Assembly (NCBI GenBank): GCA_044228065.1
Contig: JBGAVP010000011.1
Coordinates: 26,521-90,520 of the forward strand
Origin: Chitinophagales bacterium
GTDB taxonomy: Bacteria > Bacteroidota > Bacteroidia > Chitinophagales > LD1
Reading direction: 5' to 3'
DNA: 64,000 bases
Both the position numbers and the translations under genes were made by a program. The notes below the pieces were generated by a model. That model had not been told where the DNA came from and did no database searches. It worked only from the letters and a program-made list of their open reading frames with translations. Numbering within the stretch: position 1 is the first letter of the stretch; every line of letters starts with the position of its first letter. Below are positions 29,246 through 40,186 of the stretch, in pieces.

Positions 29246-29277
29246 ATAAAAAATGCCATCCTTTTGGGACGGCATTT
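29246..29277 (-). terminator. rho-independent terminator of ahcY
   Basis: Imperfect stem aatgccatcc (29252-29261) / ggacggcatt (29267-29276) with one mismatch. The plus-strand A-run 29247-29253 gives a T-run on the minus strand. Confidence 0.55.
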
Positions 29278-29297
29278 TTAAAATTAAGAATACAATA

Positions 29298-30614
29298 TTA
29301 ATAACGGTAAGAATCGCTTTTATAAGGACCACTTTGACTTACACCTATGTATGATGCTTGGTCTGGAGTTAATTCTTCTAACTCTACTCCAATTTTTGCT
29401 AAGTGCAATCTTGCTACTTTTTCATCTAAATGCTTAGGCAATACATATACTTTATTCTCGTAAGAACCGTAATTGTTCCACAATTCTAATTGAGCTAAAG
29501 TTTGATTAGTGAAAGAGTTAGACATAACAAAAGACGGATGACCAGTAGCGCAACCTAAGTTTACTAAACGTCCTTCTGCTAGTACAATGATATCTTTCCC
29601 ATCAATAGTATATTTGTCGACTTGAGGTTTAATTTCATCTTTAGTAGTACCATAGTTTTTATTTAACCAAGCCATGTCTATTTCATTGTCAAAGTGCCCA
29701 ATGTTACAAACCACTGCATTGTGACGCATAGATTTGAAATGACGGTCAGTAATAATATTGTGGTTGCCAGTAGCGGTAACAATTATATCAGCATGAGGAA
29801 TAGCATTGTCCATTTTCTTTACCTCATAACCTTCCATAGCCGCTTGCAATGCACAGATAGGATCAATCTCCGTAACCATAACACGTACACCTGCACTGCT
29901 CAAAGATTCTGCGGAACCCTTACCTACATCTCCGTAACCTGCTACTACAGCTGTTTTACCAGCAAGCATCAAGTCGGTAGCTCTACGAATAGCATCTACT
30001 AACGATTCACGACATCCGTATTTATTATCAAATTTTGATTTAGTAACCGAGTCATTGATGTTGATAGCTGGAAGTACTAAAGTACCTGCTTTTTCGCGCT
30101 CGTATAAACGCATTACACCTGTAGTAGTTTCTTCTGAAATACCACGAATTCCTTTTACTAATTCTGGATATTTATCAAATACCATGTTAGTCAAATCACC
30201 ACCATCATCTAAAATCATATTTAAAGGTTGACCACCTTCAAAAGCAAATAAAGTTTGTTCAATACACCAATCAAACTCTTCGTTGTTCATTCCCTTCCAA
30301 GCATATACTGGAATACCCGCAGCAGCAATAGCAGCAGCAGCATGATCTTGTGTAGAGAAAATATTGCAAGATGACCAAGTAACTTCTGCACCCAATGCTT
30401 TTAATGTTTCTATTAAAACTGCAGTTTGGATAGTCATGTGCAAGCAGCCTGCAATACGAGCACCCTTCAATGGTTGAGAGGGACCAAATTCTGATCTTAA
30501 TGACATTAAACCAGGCATTTCTGCTTCGGCTAAATTAATTTCTTTACGTCCCCAAGTAGCTAAGGAGATGTCTTTTACTTTGTACTTTAGAGTAGCTTCT
30601 GTTGTTGCTGACAT
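29298..30614 (-). CDS. ahcY: adenosylhomocysteinase
   Basis: [56 protein letters not shown] site [10 protein letters not shown], and HFDNEID. ATG at 30614. Confidence 0.93.
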   Translation of the reverse strand: MSATTEATLKYKVKDISLATWGRKEINLAEAEMPGLMSLRSEFGPSQPLKGARIAGCLHMTIQTAVLIETLKALGAEVTWSSCNIFSTQDHAAAAIAAAGIPVYAWKGMNNEEFDWCIEQTLFAFEGGQPLNMILDDGGDLTNMVFDKYPELVKGIRGISEETTTGVMRLYEREKAGTLVLPAININDSVTKSKFDNKYGCRESLVDAIRRATDLMLAGKTAVVAGYGDVGKGSAESLSSAGVRVMVTEIDPICALQAAMEGYEVKKMDNAIPHADIIVTATGNHNIITDRHFKSMRHNAVVCNIGHFDNEIDMAWLNKNYGTTKDEIKPQVDKYTIDGKDIIVLAEGRLVNLGCATGHPSFVMSNSFTNQTLAQLELWNNYGSYENKVYVLPKHLDEKVARLHLAKIGVELEELTPDQASYIGVSQSGPYKSDSYRY

Positions 30615-30636
30615 AGTTAATTTTAAATTTAAGTCG

Positions 30637-30667
30637 CGAATATAAGGCAAAATAGCCCGTTTACCAA
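30637..30667 (-). promoter_or_regulatory. candidate ahcY promoter TTG-N20-TATATTCG
   Basis: On the minus strand: TTG (complement of 30665-30667), a 20-nt spacer, then TATATTCG (complement of 30637-30644). This is followed by CGACTTAAATTTAAAATTAACT and the ATG. Confidence 0.4.
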
Positions 30668-30753
30668 ATATGCCCAAACAGATATCTAGCTAAAAAGTTT
30701 AGTGGAATGTAATCAATTGCTTTAATTGTTACTTGAATAGGTATTCCAATGGA

Positions 30754-31446
30754 TTATACCGTAAACTTATACCCCACTCCTCTAATGGAATGAAAGTATT
30801 CCGGATTGCGAGCATCTTTTTCAAAATACTTTCTGAAAGACAAAATGAAATTATCTATAGTGCGAGTGGAAGGATAAATATCGTACCCCCAGACGTATTC
30901 TAAAATATGCTCTCTAGATACCACTGTGTTTTTTTTCTCTACCAAAAGTTTGAGTAAAGCAATTTCTTTTTTTGTCATTTCACATTCACCATTAATACCT
31001 TTGGCTTTGTAGGTAATAAAGTTGACTTCATTTTCACCAAACTTAAAAGTTTGTAATTCTGTTTCTTCTTTTGTACCTTTTACACTATGTTTTACCAGCA
31101 CTCGCACTCGCAGCAAAAGTTCCTCTAAATTAAAAGGCTTTGGCAAGTAATCATCTGCTCCCAATTTTAAACCATTTACTCGATCTTGGCTACTGTCCTT
31201 CGCGGTTAAAAAAAGAATGGGAGTATTAGTATCGTTTACTCGGATTTTTTCACATACCGCAAAGCCATTCATTTCAGGTAGCATTACATCTAATATGATT
31301 AAATTAAAACGCTGCTCTTGTGCCTTTTTTAGTGCCACAGTGCCAGTGACAGCTGTTTCTACTTCAAATCCCTCTAATTCCAGATTTAATTTAATGGCAT
31401 CTAAGAGGTGTTCTTCATCTTCTACCAAAAGTATACGAGATGTCAT
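30754..31446 (-). CDS. OmpR/PhoB-type response regulator
   Basis: Receiver domain (ILLVEDEE, IILDVMLPEMNG, KPF) plus a winged-helix C-terminus (LTKKEIALLKLL, IRGVGYKF). Confidence 0.9.
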   Translation of the reverse strand: MTSRILLVEDEEHLLDAIKLNLELEGFEVETAVTGTVALKKAQEQRFNLIILDVMLPEMNGFAVCEKIRVNDTNTPILFLTAKDSSQDRVNGLKLGADDYLPKPFNLEELLLRVRVLVKHSVKGTKEETELQTFKFGENEVNFITYKAKGINGECEMTKKEIALLKLLVEKKNTVVSREHILEYVWGYDIYPSTRTIDNFILSFRKYFEKDARNPEYFHSIRGVGYKFTV

Positions 31447-31544
31447 AAGCTAAAATTTAAAGGTGGATGAGAAAACATTGACAATTCAATATTACGCAGA
31501 AAAGAAATTGGAAGTGTCATGGAATTGTCAAAAAAAAGGGGCTG

Positions 31545-32531
31545 TTAAACTTTTGGAAAAGTAATTTTAAAAATAGAGCCATTTGGAATGTTATCTGTCA
31601 ATTCCACTGTGCCGTTGTATATTTCAACAAATCGTTTCACAATGTATAACCCTAATCCAGTTCCTTTGCTTTTACGAGTATCTTCGTTTCCTACTCTATA
31701 AAATTTATCAAATACCTTTTCTTTTTCTTCTTTAGGTATTCCATATCCCTTATCCTTTACTTCCAGAAAAATACTGGTTTCATCATCACTCAAAGCTATT
31801 GTTACCTCAGAGTTCTCCTCAGAATATTTTATGGCATTTTCTACCAAATTGATAAGTACAGAAGTATAGCCCATTCTATCAGTATTAAAATATACCGAAT
31901 CCTGAATAGTTGATTTTAGAGCTATATTTTTCTTATTCAATAAAAATTTCTCAATAACTAAAACAGTTAATTCTGATAGATTCAAATCCTCATTTGAAAA
32001 GCCATGAGCATTTCGTTCAATCTTAGCTGCAAACAAAATATTATCTACTAAAGATTCTAATCTCACTACATCTGAAATGGAGTTGCTTAACAACTTATCT
32101 TTTTGTTCAGGTTCTAATGCTCGCTTCATCATGGTTTGTAAAGAAAGCTTCACAGAAGAGAGCGGTGATTTTAACTCATGTGTTATGGAAAGCAAAAAAT
32201 TTCGTTGTTGTTCCGCTAATTCTATTTCCCGTTTAAAGGTTCGTCTCACTTGAAGCAAACCCAACACCAGCAATAGAATAAAGAAACTTCCTTCAGAAAG
32301 TATCATTACCTTTTGGCGCTTATATTTTTCTAAAATAAGTTTGTATTCCGCAGACTCTACATAAAGACTTTTTGATACATTTTTAGTTTCAAAATTTATT
32401 TTATTCAACTCTATTTTTTCATTAAAAGCTGTTTCGTTTTTATCAAAAAGCAAATACGCCCACCATACAGAGAAAGCGAGAATATAGGCAAAAACTAAAT
32501 AGAATATTTTGAAAGGACTTTTTGCAAGCAT
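31545..32531 (-). CDS. sensor histidine kinase (HisKA + HATPase_c)
   Basis: Two TM segments, H-box FLLSITHELKSPLSS, N-box LINLVENAIKYS, and G-boxes DKGYGIP / GTGLGLYIVK. Sits upstream of the OmpR-type regulator. Confidence 0.88.
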   Translation of the reverse strand: MLAKSPFKIFYLVFAYILAFSVWWAYLLFDKNETAFNEKIELNKINFETKNVSKSLYVESAEYKLILEKYKRQKVMILSEGSFFILLLVLGLLQVRRTFKREIELAEQQRNFLLSITHELKSPLSSVKLSLQTMMKRALEPEQKDKLLSNSISDVVRLESLVDNILFAAKIERNAHGFSNEDLNLSELTVLVIEKFLLNKKNIALKSTIQDSVYFNTDRMGYTSVLINLVENAIKYSEENSEVTIALSDDETSIFLEVKDKGYGIPKEEKEKVFDKFYRVGNEDTRKSKGTGLGLYIVKRFVEIYNGTVELTDNIPNGSIFKITFPKV

Positions 32532-32640
32532 GCTGCAAATGTAAAATGAAAAACTAGAAAGTTTCGCGACTTATAGCCTCACACTACAATTTCATACTAC
32601 TCATTCTCCAATTAGCCAATATTTGTATTTTTACAACAAG

Positions 32641-33459
32641 ATGGCAAAACGCAAAAAAAAATCAGCCGAAGAGATTGCAACTGAAAATGAACTGCTCAAA
32701 TTGAAAATGATGGCAGAATTCGGGGGCAATTTTATTGCTACCGATCAGATTCCACCCGAAATTGAACATCAATTTCTAAAGCAAATTAGTAAGTTTCACA
32801 AAAAAAATGATGCCGCTCATTTAGTTCCTATATATGATTATATAGGCATGCCTTCCTACAATCATTTAAGTGATTTAGGAGAAAAAGAAATAGCCAAGGA
32901 ATTGAATAAACTTCTAAAACTCTTGGCTAGAAAGGGAATTATGGCGCAAACTTTAGGAGGTGTCTCTGATAAAGAAATGTACAAATGGATAACAGAAGAA
33001 CTCTTTAAACACGAGGTTCAAAACATTCATATAAAAGATTGGACCATCCAATTTTTTTATGAGGAATTCCATCCAAGTGATGAATTTGATATAAAGAATC
33101 AAGTGACCAATGCGGTTTCCCTTTTATTTGAGGGGAATCTTTTAGGCATGGAACTTATTTTTTCTGAAGATATGAAAAATGAGATTGGACTTAGCTTGGA
33201 TAGAGAAGAATTTGTAGAAAAATTAGAAAATTTCAAAAGTCGTTTTCATCAAATTTTGGTAGAGGATTTGCATTTCAAATTAATTGATATAGATATAGAA
33301 TTGAATACTGCTCATGTACTTTGTGAAGTAGAATACAGAACTCAAACCCAAAAGGGACGTAAGTTTAAGATAAATCATACCACCCTAGAAGCTAACTTAA
33401 CTAAAGATGAAACTACTCAGTTATGGATGGTAACTCAATTACTTTTTGACGATTTGTGA
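32641..33459 (+). CDS. hypothetical protein
   Basis: Start MAKRKKKSAEE at ATG 32641 (the ORF track begins at TTG 32623). Soluble, acidic, with no recognisable motif. Confidence 0.55.
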   Translation: MAKRKKKSAEEIATENELLKLKMMAEFGGNFIATDQIPPEIEHQFLKQISKFHKKNDAAHLVPIYDYIGMPSYNHLSDLGEKEIAKELNKLLKLLARKGIMAQTLGGVSDKEMYKWITEELFKHEVQNIHIKDWTIQFFYEEFHPSDEFDIKNQVTNAVSLLFEGNLLGMELIFSEDMKNEIGLSLDREEFVEKLENFKSRFHQILVEDLHFKLIDIDIELNTAHVLCEVEYRTQTQKGRKFKINHTTLEANLTKDETTQLWMVTQLLFDDL

Positions 33460-33478
33460 CAGTTGATTTTTCTATCAA

Positions 33479-33883
33479 TTACAATTCAGGATCTACTTTT
33501 AAAGTCATATTTTTTTCAAAGGTAAATCCATTATCATCCGATATTTTGAAAAAATATTGTTCGGTATGAATCGTTTTACTCACTGCCGTTCTACATTCAA
33601 AATCTTTATCAAAAGATGTTTTAGAAGCAGCTGTAAGAACTGATGAAAACAATACATCTGTGTTCGAATCTATTCTTCTCTCTATTTGCAAATAGCGCAT
33701 ATCTGAAGATGTTTTCTGAGCCTCCAATCCTATTTTTATCAGCGCATTGGTGTCCACAGAAGATCCTTCTGGAATATACCCTACGCCTGATTTAAAATTT
33801 AAAGTAGGTGCTGTAGGCTCTTTCTTTAATACGCAAGATGATAGGAGCAGCAAAAGAAATAGTGCCCAATAGATTTGTCTCAT
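33479..33883 (-). CDS. hypothetical lipoprotein
   Basis: Signal peptide with lipobox-like LLLLSSC, 134 aa. Confidence 0.55.
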   Translation of the reverse strand: MRQIYWALFLLLLLSSCVLKKEPTAPTLNFKSGVGYIPEGSSVDTNALIKIGLEAQKTSSDMRYLQIERRIDSNTDVLFSSVLTAASKTSFDKDFECRTAVSKTIHTEQYFFKISDDNGFTFEKNMTLKVDPEL

Positions 33884-33899
33884 AAGAATCGTTTATCAA

Positions 33900-36800
33900 T
33901 TAAATAGGTTGCTCAAAATAAGGCAAATTCACATAAAAAGTGGTACCAGTTCCCATCTCCGATTCAAACCAAATTTGCCCATTTGCATTTTCAACAATCT
34001 GTTTTGTAATAGCCAATCCAAGTCCAGTGCCAGAAGATTTGGTGGTAAAATTTGGCACAAAAACTTTCTCGTACGATTCTTTAGGAATACCAGAACCATT
34101 ATCCATGACTACTGTTTTTATACAACCGTATTCTTCCAATGTTATTACCATAATATTTCCTTTAACACCTTCGGGTACCGATTGAATCGCATTTTTAATC
34201 AAATTATTAAACACCGAAATCATTTGGTTTTTATCTGCAAAAATCATAGCCTTTTCTTTGTAAGATGAAAATGAAATTTCCACATTACCATCTTTCTCAA
34301 ATAAACCAATAATCCCTTTTAGTAGGTCATTCAAATCTAACGGTTCACTATTTGATTTTGGCATTTGAGCAAAAGAAGCAAAAGCAGTAGCTATTGAAGA
34401 TAAATTTTCAATTTGCTCAATCATGGTCTTACTGACTTTACGAGCCAAATCATTTACATTAGGATTTCCCTCTTCCAATGCACGCTGAAGATATTGAATA
34501 CTCAACTTCATTGGAGTAAGTGGATTCTTTATTTCATGAGCTATCTGACGCGCCATTTCCCTCCACGCAGACTCTCGCTCCGAACGTGCAAGTTTGGAAG
34601 CACTTCCCTCTAGCTGATTAATCATTTTATTGTACTCTCCTATTAGCACACCTATCTCATCTTTGCTTTTCCATTCAATAGGTTCATTTTTTTTATTCAA
34701 ATTTAAAATGCGCAATTTTTCACTTATAAAACGGAGTGGCCTTGTGATTGAATTTGAGATAAAATAAGCTAATACAGCCGCACATAATAGTAAGAAAACA
34801 TAAGCATTCATGAGGGTAACTAAAAAAGCAGATACCTCATCATTGATTGTTTTTGATTTTTCGAAATAAGGCACCGATAGATATGCCAGTGTTATTCCTT
34901 TAGCATTTCTAATGGGGGCATAAATGGCGGTGTAATTTAATCTGCCAATATTTTCTTGTTGAATAAATTGAGTTTCATTTGCCAGACTCATTTTCTCAAA
35001 TGCTTTTGGTTGCATTCTTTTAGAAACTAATCCATTGTCAAATATAGCTGGCTGGGAAGATGTAGCCAACTCGCCCTGTGAATCAAAAACATTAATATCA
35101 ATATTATGTATCTCTGAAAGCTTTGATAACTCTATATTTAGAAGGTCTTCTAAGGTGGTCTTGCTAATTTTGGATTCGCTATTTTGTGGTATATTTTCCT
35201 GAAGATAAAACTCAATACTTGCCAATATTGTCTTCTCTTTTCTTAGCAATCTATCGGTATAAAACCCATCATATTGATTTTTAAAAAAACTTATAGTAAC
35301 AATACCAATAATGATAAATGAAACTATAATAATGAGCAGCATGGAATAATTAATACGAGTCCGAAACGACATGTTTACATCGGCTACCAGACTTCTATTT
35401 TCTTTAAAAAGTTTATAGAAATTTACTACCGTTAAAAACAATGTAATAATGAGGAAGTAAATACTAAAGAAGTATGAAACAGTTGCTACAGGCTCAAAGA
35501 AACCCTCTTGAGGAATAGAAACAATCACCTTTCTATCATTTCCAAAATTACAAACCAAATGCTCCCATTCTTTCGATTCAAAAAAATATTTTTTTGAATT
35601 TTCTCTATCAAAGGCTTTATCCCAATAGTAAGAATATGGAAAATCACCCTGCTGCATTACTAACTTATCCTTTTGGTAGATAGCAAAATTGTATTCGAAG
35701 TTATCTAAAACAGAAGTTACATTTTGCCCCAAAAGGAGTTCAGGATATACGTTCTGACCATTGTACATTTTAGGGTAAAAATACAATACCAAATTTCCAT
35801 ATGAGCGAAGCGAATCGTTCACAATAGGAACAATTGATAAATAGGAGGCATTGATGGAAGAGTCGCTTACATACTGCAGATAAATACCCGATGACTTAGA
35901 ATCTTTTTCATGAAGTAAGTTTTTGAAATAACTAAAAGGTATGGTGTCATTAGCTTTCAGAGCATGGTTAAAAGTATCGTAAACAAATACCTGCAAATCG
36001 TATTTGCTAAAATATCCATTGAAATAAAGGGAAGCTATTCTATCTCTTAAATCTTTACGTGTAGATAGTGGATTGCTGAAATAGCTTTTGATGTAGCGGT
36101 CTCTGGCTATTCTGTCAGCAATATCACTAAAAGTGAATTCGGCAATATAATCGTGACTAGAAACTAATTTATTCGCAAAAAATTCTCGTTGATTTCGTTC
36201 CTTCTTTTCATACAAATTTTCAATAAGAAACATGGAAAGAATACTATAGAGCAAAATGAAAGTAAGTAGTGTTTTAGTGGAACGCAGGTTATCTTTTTCT
36301 TGAAAAACCTTAAAAGCAATAAGCACAAAAACATAGGTCCATATAATGGTAAAAAGTACCGATTCTGGATACTGGAATCTTAATGAAAACAAACTAAAAC
36401 TTAGTGCTGCAATAAGAGATATAAGCATTAAGTGTCCCAAACTTACATTTAACTCAATGAGTCTTCGTACTGCCTTTAGAGCTATTAAAAAATGAGCTAT
36501 AACTACTATAGTGATGCATACCAAACCAATAAGACTATAAATAGACAAACTAAGAATATCATATACCTGAAATGATATAAGAGAGTCTAGCACCATAGTT
36601 TTAAACAACCACAGTAAAAATGCAGATGACGCAAAAATACTGGCTACTAAAAGAACCTTTTCAATGTTTTTAAAACGAGCTGGAAACAGAAACAGAGAGA
36701 AAGACCTTTCTAACTTAAAACTGAATAGCACAACCCAAAACAAGAATGCACAACTTATACATAAATCTCCGAGCGATTCTGTAAACCAAGAAGAGGCATA

Positions 36801-37574
36801 CAATGTGGGATTAAAAAGTTCTAATTTGTGAAACTCTGCTGGGAAGACAAACCATATCATGCCTAGCCTTATAGCCACTAGTGAAAATAACAAAAAACTT
36901 ACTGCTACTCGCGAACCATGACTTTTAACTAATTGCAATGCTTTAATCTGCAAATAATAGAAAACTATTAAAAAGATAAATACATACAATAAAACTAAAC
37001 CCACATTAGCTTCACTATCATTCTTCGTTTCATCAGAATATAACCTTAGTAACACATTACCCTCTCTACTTCTTACTGGCACAGAGCCTTTCAACTCATC
37101 TTCCGTGATAGTAAAGTTGGAGGGAATTTTTAAATCTACAGGAAACTCATTTTTTAAAAACTGATTTTCAAAACGGTAATCATATTTTATAGGAACGAGT
37201 CCTATAGTTATTCTTACATGATTGGGATCAGATTTTTTTAAAAGTAAATACCAACCGTTTCGAAGTTTAGATAAAGAAGCCCCTTCATCATACTGCTTAG
37301 CTGATAGTTTGGGGAGCACGCTGTTATCTGAGTAAAAAACAAGAGAATCATTTTCGTAACTGTACAATTTTAATTTTGAAACTACCTCCCACTCATTAGC
37401 CTTCCCCATCACGAGCGCATCAAATTTATCTTGTGAACCTGAAATGTATTCTTCCAATATATTCGCAGAAGACTTTAAATCAGCCTGCTTAGGAACAATA
37501 AATGCAACACCTACCAGCAGTAAAAACAAAACTGCTAATCCATATTTTCTTAGAAATTGTAAAATGGAAGACAA
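33900..37574 (-). CDS. large polytopic sensor histidine kinase (extracytoplasmic domains + about 10 TM + HAMP + HisKA + HATPase_c)
   Basis: The C-terminus has HAMP (ITRPLRFISEKL), H-box MARQIAHEIKNPLTPM, N-box FNNLIKNAIQS and G-box GTGLGLAITK. The N-terminal ~900 aa hold two soluble blocks separated by a cluster of hydrophobic helices. The start codon is TTG (complement of 37572-37574), so the start is uncertain. Confidence 0.85.
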   Translation of the reverse strand: MSSILQFLRKYGLAVLFLLLVGVAFIVPKQADLKSSANILEEYISGSQDKFDALVMGKANEWEVVSKLKLYSYENDSLVFYSDNSVLPKLSAKQYDEGASLSKLRNGWYLLLKKSDPNHVRITIGLVPIKYDYRFENQFLKNEFPVDLKIPSNFTITEDELKGSVPVRSREGNVLLRLYSDETKNDSEANVGLVLLYVFIFLIVFYYLQIKALQLVKSHGSRVAVSFLLFSLVAIRLGMIWFVFPAEFHKLELFNPTLYASSWFTESLGDLCISCAFLFWVVLFSFKLERSFSLFLFPARFKNIEKVLLVASIFASSAFLLWLFKTMVLDSLISFQVYDILSLSIYSLIGLVCITIVVIAHFLIALKAVRRLIELNVSLGHLMLISLIAALSFSLFSLRFQYPESVLFTIIWTYVFVLIAFKVFQEKDNLRSTKTLLTFILLYSILSMFLIENLYEKKERNQREFFANKLVSSHDYIAEFTFSDIADRIARDRYIKSYFSNPLSTRKDLRDRIASLYFNGYFSKYDLQVFVYDTFNHALKANDTIPFSYFKNLLHEKDSKSSGIYLQYVSDSSINASYLSIVPIVNDSLRSYGNLVLYFYPKMYNGQNVYPELLLGQNVTSVLDNFEYNFAIYQKDKLVMQQGDFPYSYYWDKAFDRENSKKYFFESKEWEHLVCNFGNDRKVIVSIPQEGFFEPVATVSYFFSIYFLIITLFLTVVNFYKLFKENRSLVADVNMSFRTRINYSMLLIIIVSFIIIGIVTISFFKNQYDGFYTDRLLRKEKTILASIEFYLQENIPQNSESKISKTTLEDLLNIELSKLSEIHNIDINVFDSQGELATSSQPAIFDNGLVSKRMQPKAFEKMSLANETQFIQQENIGRLNYTAIYAPIRNAKGITLAYLSVPYFEKSKTINDEVSAFLVTLMNAYVFLLLCAAVLAYFISNSITRPLRFISEKLRILNLNKKNEPIEWKSKDEIGVLIGEYNKMINQLEGSASKLARSERESAWREMARQIAHEIKNPLTPMKLSIQYLQRALEEGNPNVNDLARKVSKTMIEQIENLSSIATAFASFAQMPKSNSEPLDLNDLLKGIIGLFEKDGNVEISFSSYKEKAMIFADKNQMISVFNNLIKNAIQSVPEGVKGNIMVITLEEYGCIKTVVMDNGSGIPKESYEKVFVPNFTTKSSGTGLGLAITKQIVENANGQIWFESEMGTGTTFYVNLPYFEQPI

Positions 37575-37629
37575 AATGCTAAATGAATTTTTCTAAATCT
37601 AAATAAAATTGACAAAACAATTACTATCA

Positions 37630-38562
37630 CTACAAATTGGGGAGTATCTTTTCTATCACCAACTTGTCGTTATCTATCGCTTTTATCAAATCCTCCAGTG
37701 ATTCGAACTTCTTTTCAGCGCGTATGTAAGATACAAACTCCAGCATCAACAACTCTCCATAAATCTCTTTGTTGAAATCCAAAATATTCACTTCCACTGT
37801 TTGTACTTTACCACCAAAAGTAGGGTTGTAACCTATACTCAGCATTCCATTATAAGTCTGCTGCCCGTATGAAACCCTCACTGCGTATATTCCCGTTTTG
37901 GGAATTAATTTGTGTGTATCGCTTATTTGAAGATTAGCTGTGGGATAACCTAACTTTCTGCCATTTTGCAAACCCTTAACTACAAAACCTGCCAGGGTAT
38001 AATTATGTCCTAATAACACCGAAGCATCTTCTATCCTACCTTGATTTAATGCCTCTCTTATTTTGGTAGAGCTGATGGTCATATCTTCTAACATTTCCTT
38101 CGTAATCTCCTCCAGCTGATAGCCAAATCTGGTTTTCATGGTTTCCAGCAAATGAAAATCACCCGTCCGATTTCTACCAAATTTATGATCGTATCCAATT
38201 ACTATTGCTTTGGGTTGGAAATTTTTAACCAAAAAATCAGTTACATAATCCTCTGCATTTTGCTCTGAAAAATCTCTCGAAAAGGGCACTATCACTAAAT
38301 TATCTACCCCATATTTTTCAAGAAGCGCAATCTTCTCATCTATAGTATTTAATAGTTTTAGGCTATCATCTTGTGGATTTATGACCAGTCTGGGGTGTGG
38401 GTGAAAAGTAATAATGATACTTTCTCCATTTTGTTCTGTTGCCAGCGTTCGCAGGCGCTCTATCAATTTTTGATGTCCCAAATGTACTCCATCAAAAGTA
38501 CCTATAGTAATAACCGAATTCTGAAACTTAGGTAAACTATTTAAATCTCTAAAAACGCGCAT
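37630..38562 (-). CDS. ribF: bifunctional riboflavin kinase / FMN adenylyltransferase
   Basis: ITIGTFDGVHLGHQKL, GYDHKFG, PTANL and VEVNILDF. Confidence 0.92.
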   Translation of the reverse strand: MRVFRDLNSLPKFQNSVITIGTFDGVHLGHQKLIERLRTLATEQNGESIIITFHPHPRLVINPQDDSLKLLNTIDEKIALLEKYGVDNLVIVPFSRDFSEQNAEDYVTDFLVKNFQPKAIVIGYDHKFGRNRTGDFHLLETMKTRFGYQLEEITKEMLEDMTISSTKIREALNQGRIEDASVLLGHNYTLAGFVVKGLQNGRKLGYPTANLQISDTHKLIPKTGIYAVRVSYGQQTYNGMLSIGYNPTFGGKVQTVEVNILDFNKEIYGELLMLEFVSYIRAEKKFESLEDLIKAIDNDKLVIEKILPNL

Positions 38563-38630
38563 GATACAAACTTATATAAACTCAACAACTGCACAATATG
38601 AAAAAATAAAATGCAAAAAAAGATAGTACT

Positions 38631-39329
38631 TTATGATTCTTCCTTGATTTCGACTTTGGTATTCAAATACTCAATCAACTTATCCAGCTCCCAAGCATTT
38701 TCCAATTTAAAATCGCCAATCTTGGTTCTACAAAGCGAAGAAAGATAAGCGCCACTATTCATTGCTTTGCCAAAGTCGTTTGCCAGCGAACGAATGTAAG
38801 TCCCTTTACTACATACTACTTTAAATGCTACCTCATGCATTTCTATTTTAGTAAGTTCAAATGATTTTATCTCTACTGTTCGGGCTTTGGTTTCTACAGC
38901 CAAACCATTTCTAGCACTCATATACGCAGCTTTCCCATCTATTTTCACCGCAGAAAATATAGGAGGATATTGCTCAATAGAACCCACAAATTTTTGTGCA
39001 GTATTCAACAACAATTCGTCTGTTATATGAGCTGTTTCAAAAGTGGCATCTGGCTGCATTTCAGAATCATAAGTAGCAGTAGTAGCCCCTATAAAAATAG
39101 TACCTGTATATTCTTTTTCTTGTGCCTGAAAATTCTCTATTTGCTTGGTCATTTTCCCCGTGCAAAGTATCAAAAGCCCTGTGGCTAAAGGGTCTAAGGT
39201 GCCTGCATGTCCTACTTTGATTTTTCCTACATGCTTTTTTAGGGCATATCTTACTTTATTGACCACATCAAAAGATGTCCAAGTAAGTGGTTTATTAATA
39301 AGGAGCACCTCTCCTTCTATAAAATTCAT
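38631..39329 (-). CDS. truB: tRNA pseudouridine(55) synthase
   Basis: LLINKPLTWTSFDVVNKVR, catalytic GHAGTLDPLATGLL, QYPPIFSAVKIDGK and KGTYIRSL. Confidence 0.92.
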   Translation of the reverse strand: MNFIEGEVLLINKPLTWTSFDVVNKVRYALKKHVGKIKVGHAGTLDPLATGLLILCTGKMTKQIENFQAQEKEYTGTIFIGATTATYDSEMQPDATFETAHITDELLLNTAQKFVGSIEQYPPIFSAVKIDGKAAYMSARNGLAVETKARTVEIKSFELTKIEMHEVAFKVVCSKGTYIRSLANDFGKAMNSGAYLSSLCRTKIGDFKLENAWELDKLIEYLNTKVEIKEES

Positions 39330-40186
39330 TATTTCAAAATTTGAAGCGGCAAATGCAAAACATAAATACCAATAAGAATAGCTACCCCTAGAAGAATTCT
39401 ATAGTATCCAAAAATTTTCATTCCATGTTGTGTAATGAAAGTGATGAAATACTTGATAGCAATGACAGCAACAATAAAAGCCACCACATTTCCTATAATA
39501 AGGTTTTGCATATCGGTTCCTTTTATGTATTCAAAACCTTTCATTGTTTTGTAGGCTGCGGCAGCCGCTATGGTAGGAACAGCTAAAAAGAAAGAGAACT
39601 CTGCGGCCTCTTTCATTCTCAGTTTTTGAGTGAGCCCTCCTATGATAGTAGCGGCAGAACGAGATACTCCTGGTATCATTGCTATTGTTTGAAAACAACC
39701 AATTATGAGTGCCTGTAAATAGGAGATTTGCAATTCAGGCTCTTCGTCTTCTAATTCCTGATACTCCTCTCCTTCTTTTACTTCTGGAACTACAGGTTCT
39801 GGAAGCGGATCTATTTGCGATTTATATTTTCTATCGGCCCATAGAATAACTACCCCACCTATAATTAATGAAAATGCAACCGTAACCACACTTTCCAAAA
39901 GATTATCAATCACTTTATTTAACAACAATCCTAGAACTGCGGCCGGAATAAATGCGACCAAAAGCTTTTTATAAAAATCAATTGACTTTAAAAAGCGTTT
40001 GTAATACAAAACTAAAACGGCTAGTATAGCCCCAAACTGAATGTTTACCAAAAACATTTTAGTAAAAGAACTCTCCTGAATTTGCAAAATTCCCTGTGCT
40101 ATAATCATGTGCCCAGTGGATGAAACTGGAAGAAATTCTGTCAAACCCTCTACTATGGCGAAAACTACTGCTACTGGATTAGTCAT
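39329..40186 (-). CDS. uppP: undecaprenyl-diphosphate phosphatase
   Basis: EGLTEFLPVSSTGHM and PGVSRSAATI are BacA/UppP signatures in a polytopic protein. Confidence 0.92.
   Translation of the reverse strand: MTNPVAVVFAIVEGLTEFLPVSSTGHMIIAQGILQIQESSFTKMFLVNIQFGAILAVLVLYYKRFLKSIDFYKKLLVAFIPAAVLGLLLNKVIDNLLESVVTVAFSLIIGGVVILWADRKYKSQIDPLPEPVVPEVKEGEEYQELEDEEPELQISYLQALIIGCFQTIAMIPGVSRSAATIIGGLTQKLRMKEAAEFSFFLAVPTIAAAAAYKTMKGFEYIKGTDMQNLIIGNVVAFIVAVIAIKYFITFITQHGMKIFGYYRILLGVAILIGIYVLHLPLQILK

Noticed and set aside
30615-30753. SAH or SAM-type riboswitch upstream of ahcY
   Set aside because: The best promoter candidate (-7 box at 30637-30644) leaves a leader of only about 20-25 nt. I saw no conserved SAH-riboswitch-like pseudoknot sequence on the minus strand. 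The rest of the spacer is AT-rich and unstructured.
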